64,000 bases of DNA from Dimorphilus gyrociliatus (Eukaryota > Animalia > Annelida): NCBI GenBank assembly GCA_904063045.1, contig CAJFCJ010000002.1, positions 806,001 through 870,000 on the forward strand. The letters are read 5' to 3'. A model generated the notes under the pieces. The model was not told the DNA's origin, made no database searches, and saw only the letters and a list, made by a program, of their open reading frames with translations. Both the position numbers and the translations under genes were made by a program. Positions 1-13,586 of this stretch are shown here, piece after piece; position 1 is the stretch's first letter; each line of letters begins with the position of its first letter.

Positions 1-3000
1 TACCCTTGTAAACATCCGCAAACTGACCTTCACCCAAAATATCTCCCAATTTAATTTTGTTTCGATCAATTTCGTAATCTTTGTCTGTCGAGACGAAAGG
101 CTAACTCTTTTCTCTATATAATCGATGCTACTTACTACAAGGCATAGAATAATCTCCATCTTCTTCAGTTATTTCTGCATAATCGGATATATCTATTACA
201 TATTAATACAATTCATAAAATAAATATGTGACTATTAAAAACTTACGACTAGACATATGTTGAGGACTTGTTGAGTTGCTACTTTGATCTGTTGAGCCGG
301 AGGAACGATTGTACATACTCTCTCTTGGAGTAATCGGAAGACTTTCACCTGTGTTCAAGAAGCTAAAATGAAATTATCTTTGCATTTTACAACTTTTTAG
401 CATTAAAAAATTGGTTAATACATGTGTATATTAAAAACTTTTTAAACTTGACTACTGAAATAAATAAAATCTGATAAAGCTTCGAAAAAATTTTTAAACA
501 AATAATATCTATACTAAATAAGGCCATTTTATTAGAAAATAGTTTGGGTACTCGTAATTAGAATATTATCATCTGAGGTGTTTAAGGGTAATTGCATAAA
601 TAAACTATACAAAATACCTGCAGAGTCGACGGAAAGATGTCTCTTTTTAATACATTCTGAATAATATTTCTAAGTTAATTGCCTGATAGATATAATTAAT
701 GTTTTTTACCATTTCTACACCAAACTGTTTGGCCTGCCCATAATTGGCAATAGCCATCGATAAGAGAAGCAATATTTTCGGCCTCATGGAGAGAATTACA
801 GATAACATTTACAGGCTCATTTGTTCCAGCAACCTGAATTACTAAACACCCCCGATTTTCCTCTTCCAAAGTGCGAATTTTCTGAACATTCTTGAAGCTT
901 CCTATCTTCTTGGGTTTATCTGCTTTCTCAGTCATATAACTTATTCCAATAGAAGGCCCAATCAATAAAGTAAGAGATATATACAAAGGGCTACCAAAAC
1001 TACAATCGAATTTTTCTTCATCAAACTTCCACACCCTTCGCAGAAGGTCAAAAAATCGAAAAACACATTGCTCTTCTGATAAACAATGATTTTGTTTGAA
1101 AAATTTTTGTAGCATTTTTCTCATTTCTTTCGGTTTTGTACTTTCCAAAACTGTTCTGGGGAAAAACCTATTTAGTCCAATATCTTTTTCCAAGTATTCG
1201 ATATTTGATTTTTTTTCCAAAGCTGAATCATGCAAATCTTTAAAAAATCGCCTGATTTCCAAACATCCCAGGTGAACAGCAATGTCCCTATCAATTTGCT
1301 CAGCTGCCAACCTCATGTAATCATCTCTAACCTAATTAATATCAGTAAGTAAATAAAAAAACTTTTACTTATCATCATACCTGATCATAAAAGAAGTAAA
1401 ATGTGACAGGATCCTTGACAAGTAATTCTTTATAGCAATTAGGAAGGTATCGGAGACGAAGTTCATACCTGAAGATTTTTATTTTTTGTTAGTATCATAA
1501 AAGAAACAAACAAGTTAGAATTGCCTGCAATGGTTTGAAATTTCACGAAACCGCTGCTGAATTTCAAGTACAGTTAAGTCGTGTGGCAACCAAAAAATCT
1601 CAGCAACATTAATTCGCCGAAGTCTAAGAGTATAACAGCCACGAAATAATCTTGTTCCAGCAGCTATTTTCGGCAGAACCAAATTAATAACATCCTGGGA
1701 ATGTGAAAAGATATAATAATCGAACAACCAGTATGATTTATGGAATACATACAAGAACAGTGTTCTGCTCAAAGCATGGGACTGAAAAGAAACAACCATT
1801 TGGGCAGTATACTTTAAATAGGCACTTATTTTCGGGATTTGAATGCAAATACATATTATCCATAATATCCACAATTCGAACACCAAATTTATCTCCACAA
1901 GGTGGCATTCCAGAAGGCACTATAGGTGGCGATACGGGTACAGCTCGGGATGGAGGAGGTTTCGTACTCCATAAGTTGGGCCATGCGGACAACTAGAAGA
2001 AGTAAATGATGAGTTTTTGCTTCAGAGCCTAATAAGCCTAACCCTGAGAAATTTAACTCAGTGCATTTATTTGGATACTATTGAAGCTGTTTCCTTAACT
2101 TGAGACGATCTCTTTCATACAAGGAAACACAATTTTAATTGTAGAAGTATACAAAATAAACCAAGTTACAACAATGACTATAAAATAAGAATACTTATAT
2201 AAATTTCCTATGAAATAGCCTAAAAATAAAACTTTCAAGAGAGCAAAGATAGATAATCAAAAGGAATTAAGTTGCAGTGGGTTATTGATACTTCTCATCA
2301 CCCGCATAATGTAGGAACCGAAAAATGAAATTGTAACATAAATTTAATTATTTCCAATTATAGTGACTTTGCTGATGACTGCTGATGACTCAATGACCTT
2401 TAGAAACAATTACCATCGCTACAATTGATAAACTCGGGTTTTCTCATTTCGCTTGGTAGCTCGTTCAAATTAAAGGTGCTCGTAAAGAAAACAAGAATTA
2501 AACAAGGGCATTTAACAAAAACAATATGGCTGTATGAAGAAACAGGTGCAGATATTTCAGCTTATTTCCTGTTTCATCCGCAAACCTTTAGTGAAGATTT
2601 GCATTGGTATAAGTACGTTTACTACACCTACGTCTGTGGTTGCATGTGATATATTTATTAAAAATAATTTTTAAGTGACATAGAGCAAAATTTTATCGTT
2701 CGAGAGACAGAAGCAATATTCTTTAACAATACCCCTACAAATATACACTGCACTCTTAATAGCGATGATTTGTCATCACGAATTAATGCCATTAATAGCT
2801 TATGAGATATACGAAGAGAACTTTAGTATCTTTTTTTATAGAAAAGCCCCCTGAGACCAAGGCTTTCAGGAGAAAATTTCTAATTTCTTTAGGATAAATA
2901 AGTAAAAACCTCTATAAGTCTCTGTTATTATATTAAGCGATACAAAACCTCATGCACTTGAAGAGACTAACGAATAAAAATATTACTTAGAAATCAGCAG

Positions 3001-5133
3001 CAAGTTTCGCGATGGCATAAATAGATAGCTAGCTGATGCAGAGTTAGATGCAAGCCCTTAGGCTACTATTAATACAGCTTACATGGTTTCATTTATTGTG
3101 CATTTCATTTAATAAAGAATATTTTATCAATGAAATTTACAGATAATTTAAGTTACAATAACAATAACTAAAGTTTAAGGGAGCTCAAAAACCCTACTAT
3201 ATAAGAAAATTACGTAATTAAGGTAGTTAGACCAAATAGCACATAATTTTATTGATTTATTTATATTTTACTCTGAGGTAGTCAGCAAAATTATCTTTGA
3301 AGGAATTTTAATGTAATCGATTTTTTCTGAGCATCAGAGTTGAAAGAGCACTTAAAATTTTACACTGTTAAATGGAGTAGAGCAGTGATTGTAACAAGGA
3401 AAGGATGAATAAGGAGCAATAAGTTGTAAATAATGACTATAGTGAATTTGCGTGCACAATACAGCTCAATCATGTCTTTGAAAACGGCTTATCCAAGTGG
3501 TTGTCTAAAAAAACAATTTTATTGCGAGTATGATTCTAGACAGCAAATAACAAATATGTACAATATAGCATAAGGATTCAAGGCAATTATGACGGGTTTA
3601 TTTTATCGTTGTATGCCATCGCCGAATCATAATGCCCTTAATACAAATGGTCTGCACATTGTAAAGGACGTTTTTGCTTTAACTCTCTGGACTAGAAAAG
3701 CATCATCATCTAAATTTTTGTGGGAAGCTGGAAGCAATTACTATTCCTGGGAATGTAATGAACAAATGGGCAAAACACGAGCGTCAGCTCCTGACAGACT
3801 ATACGCCTATAATGAAATAAACAACTGATGGATGATGTGCAAGTTTTGTAGCGTTCATCGACTCGTTTCTAGGCTAGTGCTTAGTCGAATAACCCACTTT
3901 AATGCTATGACTCAATAATAGACAAGCGATTAGGACACATCGTGGGATATTAATAACGATAGATTCTACATCACCTCATAATGATTGGTGTTGTAATGAT
4001 GACATATTTCCTAAAGATTCCTAGTCAGATTCACCGCAAATCAATAACTACCGTAAACAAAGAAGCCAACAATATTTCGAGGAAAAAACAAACCTTGTCT
4101 TCCTTATGTTAAAATAAGATTCATTGTATGTAAATTGTGTTCAGTTTAGGTCTTCTCCAAGAAAATTTTTCTTGTCAATCAGAAAATTTAGTCAGAAAAT
4201 CTTCAGTCAATTTTAAAAGAGAGAAATTTAATAGGAATCTAAAATCTTTATTATCGCTCGCTTAGTATATTTATCCTCTCTTCGCTGCTGAAGATTTCCT
4301 TTTATAATGATTGATTACTAGAGATGTTAGGAACATCATATTTTCATTTTAGTATGATTAGAATAAATTTTATTATAGGAGACTTTAAAACTAAATTATA
4401 TTATAGTGTCAAAATATTAATTAATTTTTAATCCTTCTCAATATATCATGTTAACACTAGTTCAATCAGAATATGGTATGGATAACTTTGGAGAATGGTT
4501 TCAAAAGAATTGAGTATTATTTGCAATTCATGATCTAAAACATATGGGAGCTAAATAGATAAATTTGATAATAAACCTTTTATCGGAAGGACGACGGTCA
4601 ATCATTTACACAATTTTCTCATTGTTCTATTTCGGAGTTAGTTATTAAAAATTCATAACCAGTAGCATCTGTTTTCTATCGGTTACAAAATAGGGCTATC
4701 TTTATATCTTAATGAGTCAAATTAAGAGATAAATAACCTGCTAGGTCAAATATATTTGCAAGTGTTTTCGGTATCTATGATATATGGATATATGATATAT
4801 GTAATAAAACAGTATTATTTTTTGTATTTGAAACAGCGATCTCAATGCATGTCTTCCACTCGTCTAGTATCCTATCATATGCTTCACGATAGAATAGAAT
4901 AGTGCTAGAGATCATATATATTAATTTAACAACGTAAACTTTTCCTTAATGACCCTGTTAATTTACATATACACAAATATATATTATCAAAAGAATATTT
5001 CTCTTAATATAAGACTAAAAACTTAAATGCAAAATTTAATACTCACTCTGCGACTATTTTTTCTTCTGGATGAGCCTTGAGAACAAGTGGATGCAGAAGA
5101 TATACTGTCCTCGCTTGTCGAGCTTCTTCTCAT
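1..5133 (-). CDS. PTK2: Focal adhesion kinase, 5' part (N-terminal extension, FERM domain, linker with Y397-equivalent site, start of kinase domain); continues past the left edge
   Basis: Phase-consistent exons: 5133-5047, 1992-1753, 1694-1525, 1468-1381, 1331-710, 656-618, 348-247, 192-136, 84-1. Translation gives FAK FERM motifs (YELRLRYLP; DIAVHLGCLEIRRFFKD; ALEKKSNIEYLEKDIGLNRFFP; AENIASLIDGYC), the autophosphorylation motif SDYAEI followed by DYSMP (Y397/Y407 equivalents), and kinase subdomain I DYEIDRNKIKLGDILGEGQFADVYKG. The first exon (5133-5047) is less certain than the rest. Confidence 0.95.
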
Positions 5134-8100
5134 TGTTAAAACCGCTTTCGTTAATCAAGAAAAAAAGAAGACGTCAGACTCATTAAGCCTTTACTTCTTT
5201 CAAGACGTCATGGTAATTTCGCCTTGCTTGACGTCTCAATCTTTCAACAAAAACACTAGGGCTAGTTACGTTTTCATTTAAAAGTATACTCGGCGGATGC
5301 TATAACTCTTTCGGAACTCTTTTATCCAAAAATTCAATAATAAACTGTAAAAAATCATCCGGACAGAGTTTACACAACGTCTTACGACGGATTTCCCGAG
5401 CGAATAGTCCTGTTAAGTGTCTTATTACTCAGTATGTAAATCAATATTTATATGAAGTGTCCAAATGCCGTTGAAATCAGTTTTATAATATAAAACTCCA
5501 AAAATCTTGTTGTGATTAAATAAACCAGTCTGAATTTACACAAGGCTACCAATAAAACTTTAACAAAAATTTGCAAATATCCAATATTATAAAGTACATA
5601 AAAATGGGCTCAATTCCTGTGTATATAAAAGATAGCAGGTAAAAAGTATATCCGAGGTTGTAAAATTGCTGTATATTTTCCAAATCCTACTGCAATGTGC
5701 GGCGCACGTGCTAGAATGTTTATTTCATCGACAAAGTCGCCCTCTACCGAGAATGAATCAATTGTGAAAGATTGATCAATGAAGTTTCATGTAACTCTTT
5801 GCTTCTTGCTAATTTCCATAAATGCTTCAACTTCAGAAAAATTACTTTAATGATGAGTCTAAATCCTTTCTGTTCAACTATGAATGTACTTGTAAAAATT
5901 TTTGCATATGAAACTGCCTGGTTCAATTGCAAAGCGGTAGGAAAACAAACTCAGTGAACTTTAACTGTTTGAGACTTGATAATCAATGACTCCCTGCATC
6001 TAATTTCGGCATAGAGTAGAAAATAATATGTGTGTACAAACTAAGTTCCTTTTATGTGTACGCATTGTCACCGCAGAGTATCTCTCAAGCAAATATTCGA
6101 ACGACACTGCGCATATTTTAAGAGTCACACAGCTGATGAAAATGCATTTAACAAGAGCACGAATGTTTGCTCAAGTATTAATTTAAGGGATTATAGCGTT
6201 ATGAAAGATAAACACAAAGCTTAGCTATTCCAATCTAATATCCATAACTATTTATCAACTTATTCTTGGAAAAGAAACAACATGCATGATTCTGGCTAAT
6301 AATTTATGCAAATTGTATCGTACACACCCTTTAAATTTTTTATAACGTGCAAATTAACGTCTGATACTTACCAATCTTCTAAAATCTTTACAATCATATA
6401 TTTCTGTAATTTCCCTACAAGGTATTACTTAACATTCATATTTGCATTGTAACAGTCGCTAGATGTCCACAGTTGCAGAAATGTTTGATACACTCCATTA
6501 TGACAACGAAGTTTATAGTTATATCCCTGGAGATGGCGCTGTATTACCTTTTCCACCTTCGATATTCAATCGAACTATTGGCACTTGAGTATTCCATTTA
6601 TAATAGATAAACGCAAAAAGTGATTAAATTTTATCCTGATAAATAGGTGTGTTTGAGAGCGAATTGATATTTCAATGGAAGAAAGACAATAATCATCTCT
6701 AATACCATATACTGTATATTAGGAATATTAATTACATTTGATAAATATTTAGAGTTTTCTATCTTGTAATTCCTATAATCATATTTTCTATTATTGAGAT
6801 TTATTATAATTAACGATTGTTGTATATACCTAAATTGTTATTATGAATAATTTATGAACTCGTATATATATATGTCTTTTTGCCATATGTTCAGAAGTTT
6901 TTATTTATTAATTTGGCATTATTTGTCATTTTAATAATTCTTAACACTTGTTACTAGAAAAATATATGTAAAAGTTAATCTGTTCAAAGTAACTCATGAA
7001 ACTTGAACATTTTTCTTCTCAATTAATTTAAAGTTAGTCGTTCTTATTAATAAAAATATGGTCTTTGAAAACATGTCTCTTTTAGCTATGTAGAAGTAGT
7101 TTTAAGTCCTACTTTCTTGAATATAAAAAGTTTAAAATAAACTAAAAAATATGTTAAAAAAGTACATAAATAATTCATATGTCGTGATTATATTCAGACT
7201 GCTATTATTTCTATACATTTCTATGAGCTTTGAATTCTATCTATAGTTATGAAGTGCAAATATGATTAACAAGAGTAAATCAAATAAATAAATTCAATCT
7301 TTGATCAAAAGTTATGCTAAATTTATTTCTGATTCCTATTATTTAGTATAGGATACTATTCTTTTTAGTATAATAGATATATTGAATTCACAAACATTTT
7401 GCAGTTACCATTCAACTGATTATTGGAATATAAAACGGAAATTTTATGCTTTATTACTTAAATTATTTATGAATGTATAAGTCTAATTTAAATTAAATTA
7501 ATTCATTTATCCTTTTAAGTAGTTAAACTATTCAAATAAAAAATAATTTCAAAACAAAGATAGATTTATTACACTCACACAGTCAATCCTTGTTGACAGG
7601 TGCATGTTTTCTCTTGATACTTTAAAGGAAATATATTCTAGAAACATAAGAAATATTCTCAAGACTCTATATTTGTCGTTTCTAATATATTCTGTGGTCT
7701 TGGGAGACTATACCAATCAACAAACTAGTCGTTGCTTTGCATAGTCATAGCAACAACTTTGCTTAACCAGCAAAAAAAAGTAAAGTCGTTTTTGTTTTAA
7801 AGTAGAAGACATTTAATAGACTTTCTACTAATATCTGAATTTATTTAAATAACTCGCACTAACTTCAGCTATCTTTCTGCCGAATTGAATGATCTAAATT
7901 ATGCAAACACATCTTTAGTGTATCATTTTCACTTGATTCAAGCTTCATTAAATAAATCATTTCTTTTTAGCAAGTTTGCTCTTTTTGTGAAAATTTTTGC
8001 ATTTGTGTAACTTTAGCAATACCTGTACAAACCTTACCTAATTAACCATTTCTATATATTGATTATAAGTCTAAGCATCTCCAGCTCTTACGGTGTTTTT

Positions 8101-8370
8101 CTTTAGCAAATATAATTTGAGCGGTTCCTGTCAATATATTGAATATACTTCATGAACCGTCTTTGTGACCTTTGGAAATAAAAAATGAAAGCTGTAAAAA
8201 ATTTTAAGAAATAAAATATATGATGTTGATAAAAAATATTTCAACAAGAAGAACAATTTTATTAAGAAATTTTATATGTAAATGTTATTAACATTTTTCA
8301 GAACTGATTTTTATTTACACAAACGTACATGAAAAAGATGAACTGAAAATATTGTAAATATTGCACTAAA

Positions 8371-9630
8371 TTAGTATCTTCTATAACTTTTTGTTCGTCT
8401 TTCTACTGTTTGACCTTCGTCCGAGCTAGAATCTCTTACATTTTGCTGGTTCTTCTTTACAAAAGTGTAAGTAATAAAATTAAACAAGCCACCCAAATTA
8501 CTGAAAGTCGATACAACGGCTACCCAAAATACTGGTTGAACTTCCACAAACCCATGGATGGCGTACCCTATGTACGCCCACCACTGAGCTAAATGAATGG
8601 TAAGAAGTTAGTTTTGAAGATGTAATAGACGATCAAATATTACCGATATAAACAGCAACGAATAGCATCATAACTTTGGCCGTCCTGTGGTATTTTGCTT
8701 GAGAAGTAGTGGTAGCCATAGAAGCGCTAACTCTTTTAATTTTCATCCATACCAAACCATAATTGATAATATTGGAAAAGAAGACTGTAATAAAGGCGGC
8801 AGCAACAATTATACTGAGTACCTTTTCACCGGGTTTTCTTTTATCCAAGAAACACCTATTCGTACAGTTATTTATTTAGTATAGTATTCACAAGTCTTTC
8901 TTATAACGTTTAATTAGTAATGATATGTTGACTGAATCTGCATTGCTGCATTTCGCAGGTAAACAGTAACTCTAGTTAAGTTTGTTATAAATTCTACACA
9001 ATAAATTAAGCCTACCATGCTCCACTAGGGCCCCAATGATTTGAAATCGCAACTCCTAGACTTATTGAGAATGGGATTCCATAGGCGTATAGTAGAAGCT
9101 TCCAGTCGTATTTTCCAAGCTCTACTTTTATTTCTTTAACAACCATCATGAAGGCGTTGAAGGCGGTAAAAACGACAATCAAACTCTGAGAAAAGACAAA
9201 GAGATTGAGAATAGAAGCAAAAATAGCGCAAGGTATATCTGGAGGATGATACGAAATAGCCAACATCCATGTATGATCTATTATGTGATTTAAGCAATAT
9301 CCTAAATCAGAAATTGTCAAATAGAACACTAGTCTCTCTCCGATTGGTCGGGTGAAAACGGTCCTTTCCTTTTTCATTAAACTTACTTGAGTAAAAATAC
9401 TAAGTGACAGTGATAGACCTAAGCTGCAATATTTTTAAACTTTAAGCATGAAATAATAAGACGATCAAGGGTTTATAAATTGAGTTCTTTACAATAAAAA
9501 TTAAATAAATAAGAGAAATCTTTTTATCAAACCTTACAAGACCAATAATATGCAGTACATAAAATTCGGCTCCAGGATACCCCATAACGGGAACAGTTGG
9601 ATCATTTGAGGCCGTAGTGGTTGATTGCAT
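8371..9630 (-). CDS. Orphan 7-transmembrane receptor, cAMP-receptor-like/GPR157-like class, about 311 aa, 4 exons
   Basis: Exons 9630-9533, 9423-9016, 8855-8644 and 8588-8371 join in frame with GT-AG introns (936 nt including stop). There are seven hydrophobic segments and family-type motifs: ERLVFYLTISDLGYCLNHIIDH (TM2), a C before TM3, GPSGAWC (ECL2 Cys), YHRTAKVMMLFV (TM6) and FSNLGGLFNFITY (TM7). No DRY motif. Confidence 0.85.
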
Positions 9631-12600
9631 GACTAGAGAAGCGTCGAATGAAATAAAGCGCGAGGCAGTGTTGCGCCTGTTCGATTATGATAACATGTAT
9701 ATTCTTGTTCCGCAGTTAAATGTTATCTAGTTACTTCTTCTTAAGTTGTAGAAAGTAAGTGCTAATTGTTTTTTTTATTTATCGTCTTAAATATAGCACT
9801 GTACATACTAAAACATTCGATTAATATTCTTTGTAAACTTATGTATGGTAGGTTTTCGACATCGCTTTCATTATTTTTATTATAAACAGTGTGCAGTCAA
9901 TAAAATATTTTCATGTTGACTATTTGCTTATCCTTTCCTTTAATTTGATTCAAACGATTAACGATGAGATCTCTTTATCAAACATATTTTATCACCTATT
10001 CATAATTGATTTGTATTTTCAAAGAGTGAAAATTGATGGCAAGATCAATGAAGAGAATTCCGGAAGATATTTTAATAAATACAACTTGTTGTTAGGCTTT
10101 AGTTTGTTTATTAATGTTTTTTCTATTTTTACCTTTAAAAAAGTGTTTCTTAACATAGAAAGACATGAATCATTTAGTTAATGGAATAGTTTTATTTCTA
10201 AAAATCAATTTTTAAACTTTTATATAAATTGAAAATGGTCATCTACGATATATTTACAATTTAGCTAAAATGAGAAGTGGTTACGAAACTGCAAGAGCGT
10301 CATTTTTTTATAGAAAGTAATAGAATTTCACTTGTAGCTAATACAAAAGTAAGTCAACGTTTTAATAAATGTAATTTTGACAAATCAAAACTTCTTTAGC
10401 AACTACCCAATTTATTTATATTCCGGAACAAACTTTTAATTTCCTTTCTGACTTAATTATAACATCAAGTAAATATTACACAGAAAAATAGTTATTTCTT
10501 TAAAATGAGAATTAATGCTCCTTATATCAGTTTAAAGCCTGTCAAAATTTTTAAGAGCTCTTAACTCTTCAAGGAAAACTGAATAGACTAATATTCCTGC
10601 TTAAAAAAATAAATATTGTTGTAATGTTAGCCATGAAAAAATATAGATGATAAATTTTGATACTTCTAACAAATTTTTCAGATTAATAAAGCAAAAAAAG
10701 TAAAGTTAATCCTGCTTGTAGGAAGTCAATATTATCTATTTATTTAAAATTAGAAACATTTAAAGAATATTAACGATTTTGAAGCGCCATCTAAAGACGT
10801 ATGCAGTAACAATTTGCGATTACTGTTTCTATCCTCTGAATGAATTTAACGATTCCTGAGAAAAGTATGTTATTGTGCGCCATCTTCTGGTTAAAAAACA
10901 AAATAATTAAAATTCCTAAACAGAATTATTTTGCAGCTCAATATTTTTAGCTAATTTAACAATGTTTTTCTTCATAACATCATCAGTATTACAATAAATA
11001 AAACGACCTTGAATCTTAACAAAGAAAGTTAAGAAAAGAGCGTTACGTTTTAAAGAAGCTATTAAATGCTGTTAGTGAGAGTCCTTCTGCTTTTTTAAAG
11101 GACCGTACAGGATTGTTATGCTGCTCGGCGTTGTGTTGTATTGCAACAGCTAATGTGCTTTCTCGGTCTTCATTTATTAACAGCACTTAGAGAGAGCAAC
11201 GTTGAGCTTTTCTTAAAATATATATTTCTCTCATAGAACAGCAGACGGCCTAATGAAATGTTACTGTTGATGCATCTGATGCTAATTTTTTAAAACGCTT
11301 TCAGCTTAATGCGTTTATTATGTGATGCGTATACGAAATGTGCGTATGTAATAATATTTCTATTGTTATCTGATTCGACAGATTCCTTTTTTTATGCAAT
11401 TAATATAACCGGCGTGTGCGAATATGAGCTGATGGTATTTTTATTATATTATAGTGATTTCCTGAATTTTATTACATATGCGAAAAGGATTCTTACAAAT
11501 AGATGAAAAGTAAATTAATACATAAATAGGGTCTAGTCAGCCAATTGGTAAATATCCAAATTAAAAGCTCTTTGTTTGGGATTGTATTTGTGTTTAACGC
11601 TTATATTAATATAGAATATTAAAAACAGATGGAATGTTCAGTAGTATCATCTTCAACACAAGGATTCAATTCTATAATATTTATGCTTGCAAATGTAATA
11701 AATATACAATTTAATATAATAAATATAATGTAATACATATACACTTTAATGAAAAAGAAGTGAAGTGTATCAAGGCGGCGGCGTGTCATTGTTCAAATAA
11801 AATTAATTGCACGAGCCAGTAGATTATGTTTGCAAGGCGTTTTCCTATACAAATGGTTGTTTGCAGTCGTAATTAGATGTTTGTTTTCAATTTATTAAAT
11901 GCCAGTATCGTGAGTGGCGGCTGCTTTTTGCTTAGACAAGCCATTATTTGAGGCCTATTCTGACATCTACGCATGAACTGAGAGTTAACTGTCTTGAGTG
12001 ATTACATAAAGTTTAAATAAATAATTTTGAATCAAGTCAAAAGAAGATAAATTAAAATGTAGAAATTATTTTTTGAAATGTATATGTGGAGACGTTTATT
12101 GAATCAAATAGCTATTAAAATATGCAAGAGATATTGTTCATGCTGAATTACGTTTGTTTCCTATATTTTCTCATACTAATAAATAATTTGCAGTTGGGCA
12201 AGAAAAGAAAATTTTAGTTATTTTATGCAATGTATATGTATATCTCAAATAGCTTCTCTGTTATTCATTGCGGTTCCGTAAGTATCTATCATTCTAGAGG
12301 ATTCTGGGGAAAAGTAAGAAAAAGTTTGTAAATATTTCATTCATTTATATTTACAAGTAGAATTAATATCGATTAGGCAGATCAATATCAGCGCAAATTG
12401 TCAGACTAATGAAATTGTGACATTCATGAATATAGAATTTCGTCAGTCGTTTCTCCTGTTTATACGCTTAAACTGGCAGTTAATGTATAATGTATATAGA
12501 AAGTTGAGAAACTTGAGATAGAGAAAAGAGAGCCTATTACGGTGGCAGACATTTAGCAAGTGGAATAGAGCATTAATGGCTCTGTCAATCACGGCTGCTA

Positions 12601-13262
12601 TATACGAATCCGAATTTCTTTGTTATGCAATATTCCTCAGCAATAAAAAGCGCGGCGTGATAGAGCGTTTCAATTATCCTAAAATGACTGTAGCACAATT
12701 TAAATTGACACATAAGGCGAAAGCAATCATTTGCTAAGTATACTATTTCAGAGAACGCACTTATGTTAATTCTTTATTCGCTTTTTCTTCTCCAGATTTA
12801 GCACTTAGTGTCATCTGTGAGAATGCACCTTTTGTGGATTGTTGCCGAAGAAAGCATTTGCGAGCTTTGATGTTTGCTTGGCTTAATTCACTCAGTCAAA
12901 CCGACGTTTTTGCGTGCACTGTGTGGCTGGAGGCTAGTAAAATTACGCTGAAACACAACTCCGCATCCTCAGGTCAATAGATGATTGCGGGAATATTTTT
13001 TTATGTTAGTCTTTGAAAATAGAAGATTTTCCTGTTTTTATAATGCGTGCACCGCTATACATGTTTTGCTTACGATAAACGCCAGTGATACCCGTTTTTC
13101 CATATCTCTGTTTATTATGCCGTGCATATATATACGTAATATTATAGCTTTTTGCAAAGGTGTTTTTTGCTCTAAAGTATGTTTGATTATAGGTGAAAAT
13201 AAATTTACATTGTATATGCTATATTTTACATAAAAATTATAAATATTTTTATATACAGACAG

Positions 13263-13264
<2 letters not shown>

Positions 13265-13305
<41 letters not shown>

Positions 13306-13339
13306 ATATATGCATATATATATATATATACATGTATAT

Positions 13340-13376
<37 letters not shown>

Positions 13377-13400
13377 AATATATATATATATATATATATA
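13265..13400. repeat. Interrupted (TA)n microsatellite, ~135 bp, downstream of the LMO stop codon
   Basis: Directly visible TA runs broken by CA/GCA/CAA interruptions; explains the YIYIYI pseudo-ORFs. Confidence 0.97.
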
Positions 13401-13586
13401 CTGTATATACATTTATTTATTTATTTATAACAGACAATAGGATATTAGTAGATAGTCGCATATATTTTACTCTTTGAGATATATGCTCTTGGTTACATAG
13501 ACTATACATGTGTATGTATAGCCTGTATTATTAGAGGGACAGTGATTGTTATGTACAATGCGTCCTACCATTATGGGCGCAAATCC

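Noticed and set aside
2371-2392. Tandem GCTGATGACT x2 ending in an AP-1 site (TGACTCA) in FAK intron 1
   Set aside because: A single 7-mer with a 10-bp duplication is not enough evidence for an enhancer.
5134-5420. Short uORFs and protein-like open frames upstream of the FAK ATG; three GACGTC sites
   Set aside because: It is unclear whether this stretch is exonic, since a polypyrimidine tract and AAG just before the ATG could be an acceptor. The frames lack ATG or homology, and the GACGTC sites are not full CREs.
13038-13477. ORFs rich in YIYIYI on both strands (also 17813..18076)
   Set aside because: Translations of (TA)n microsatellites.
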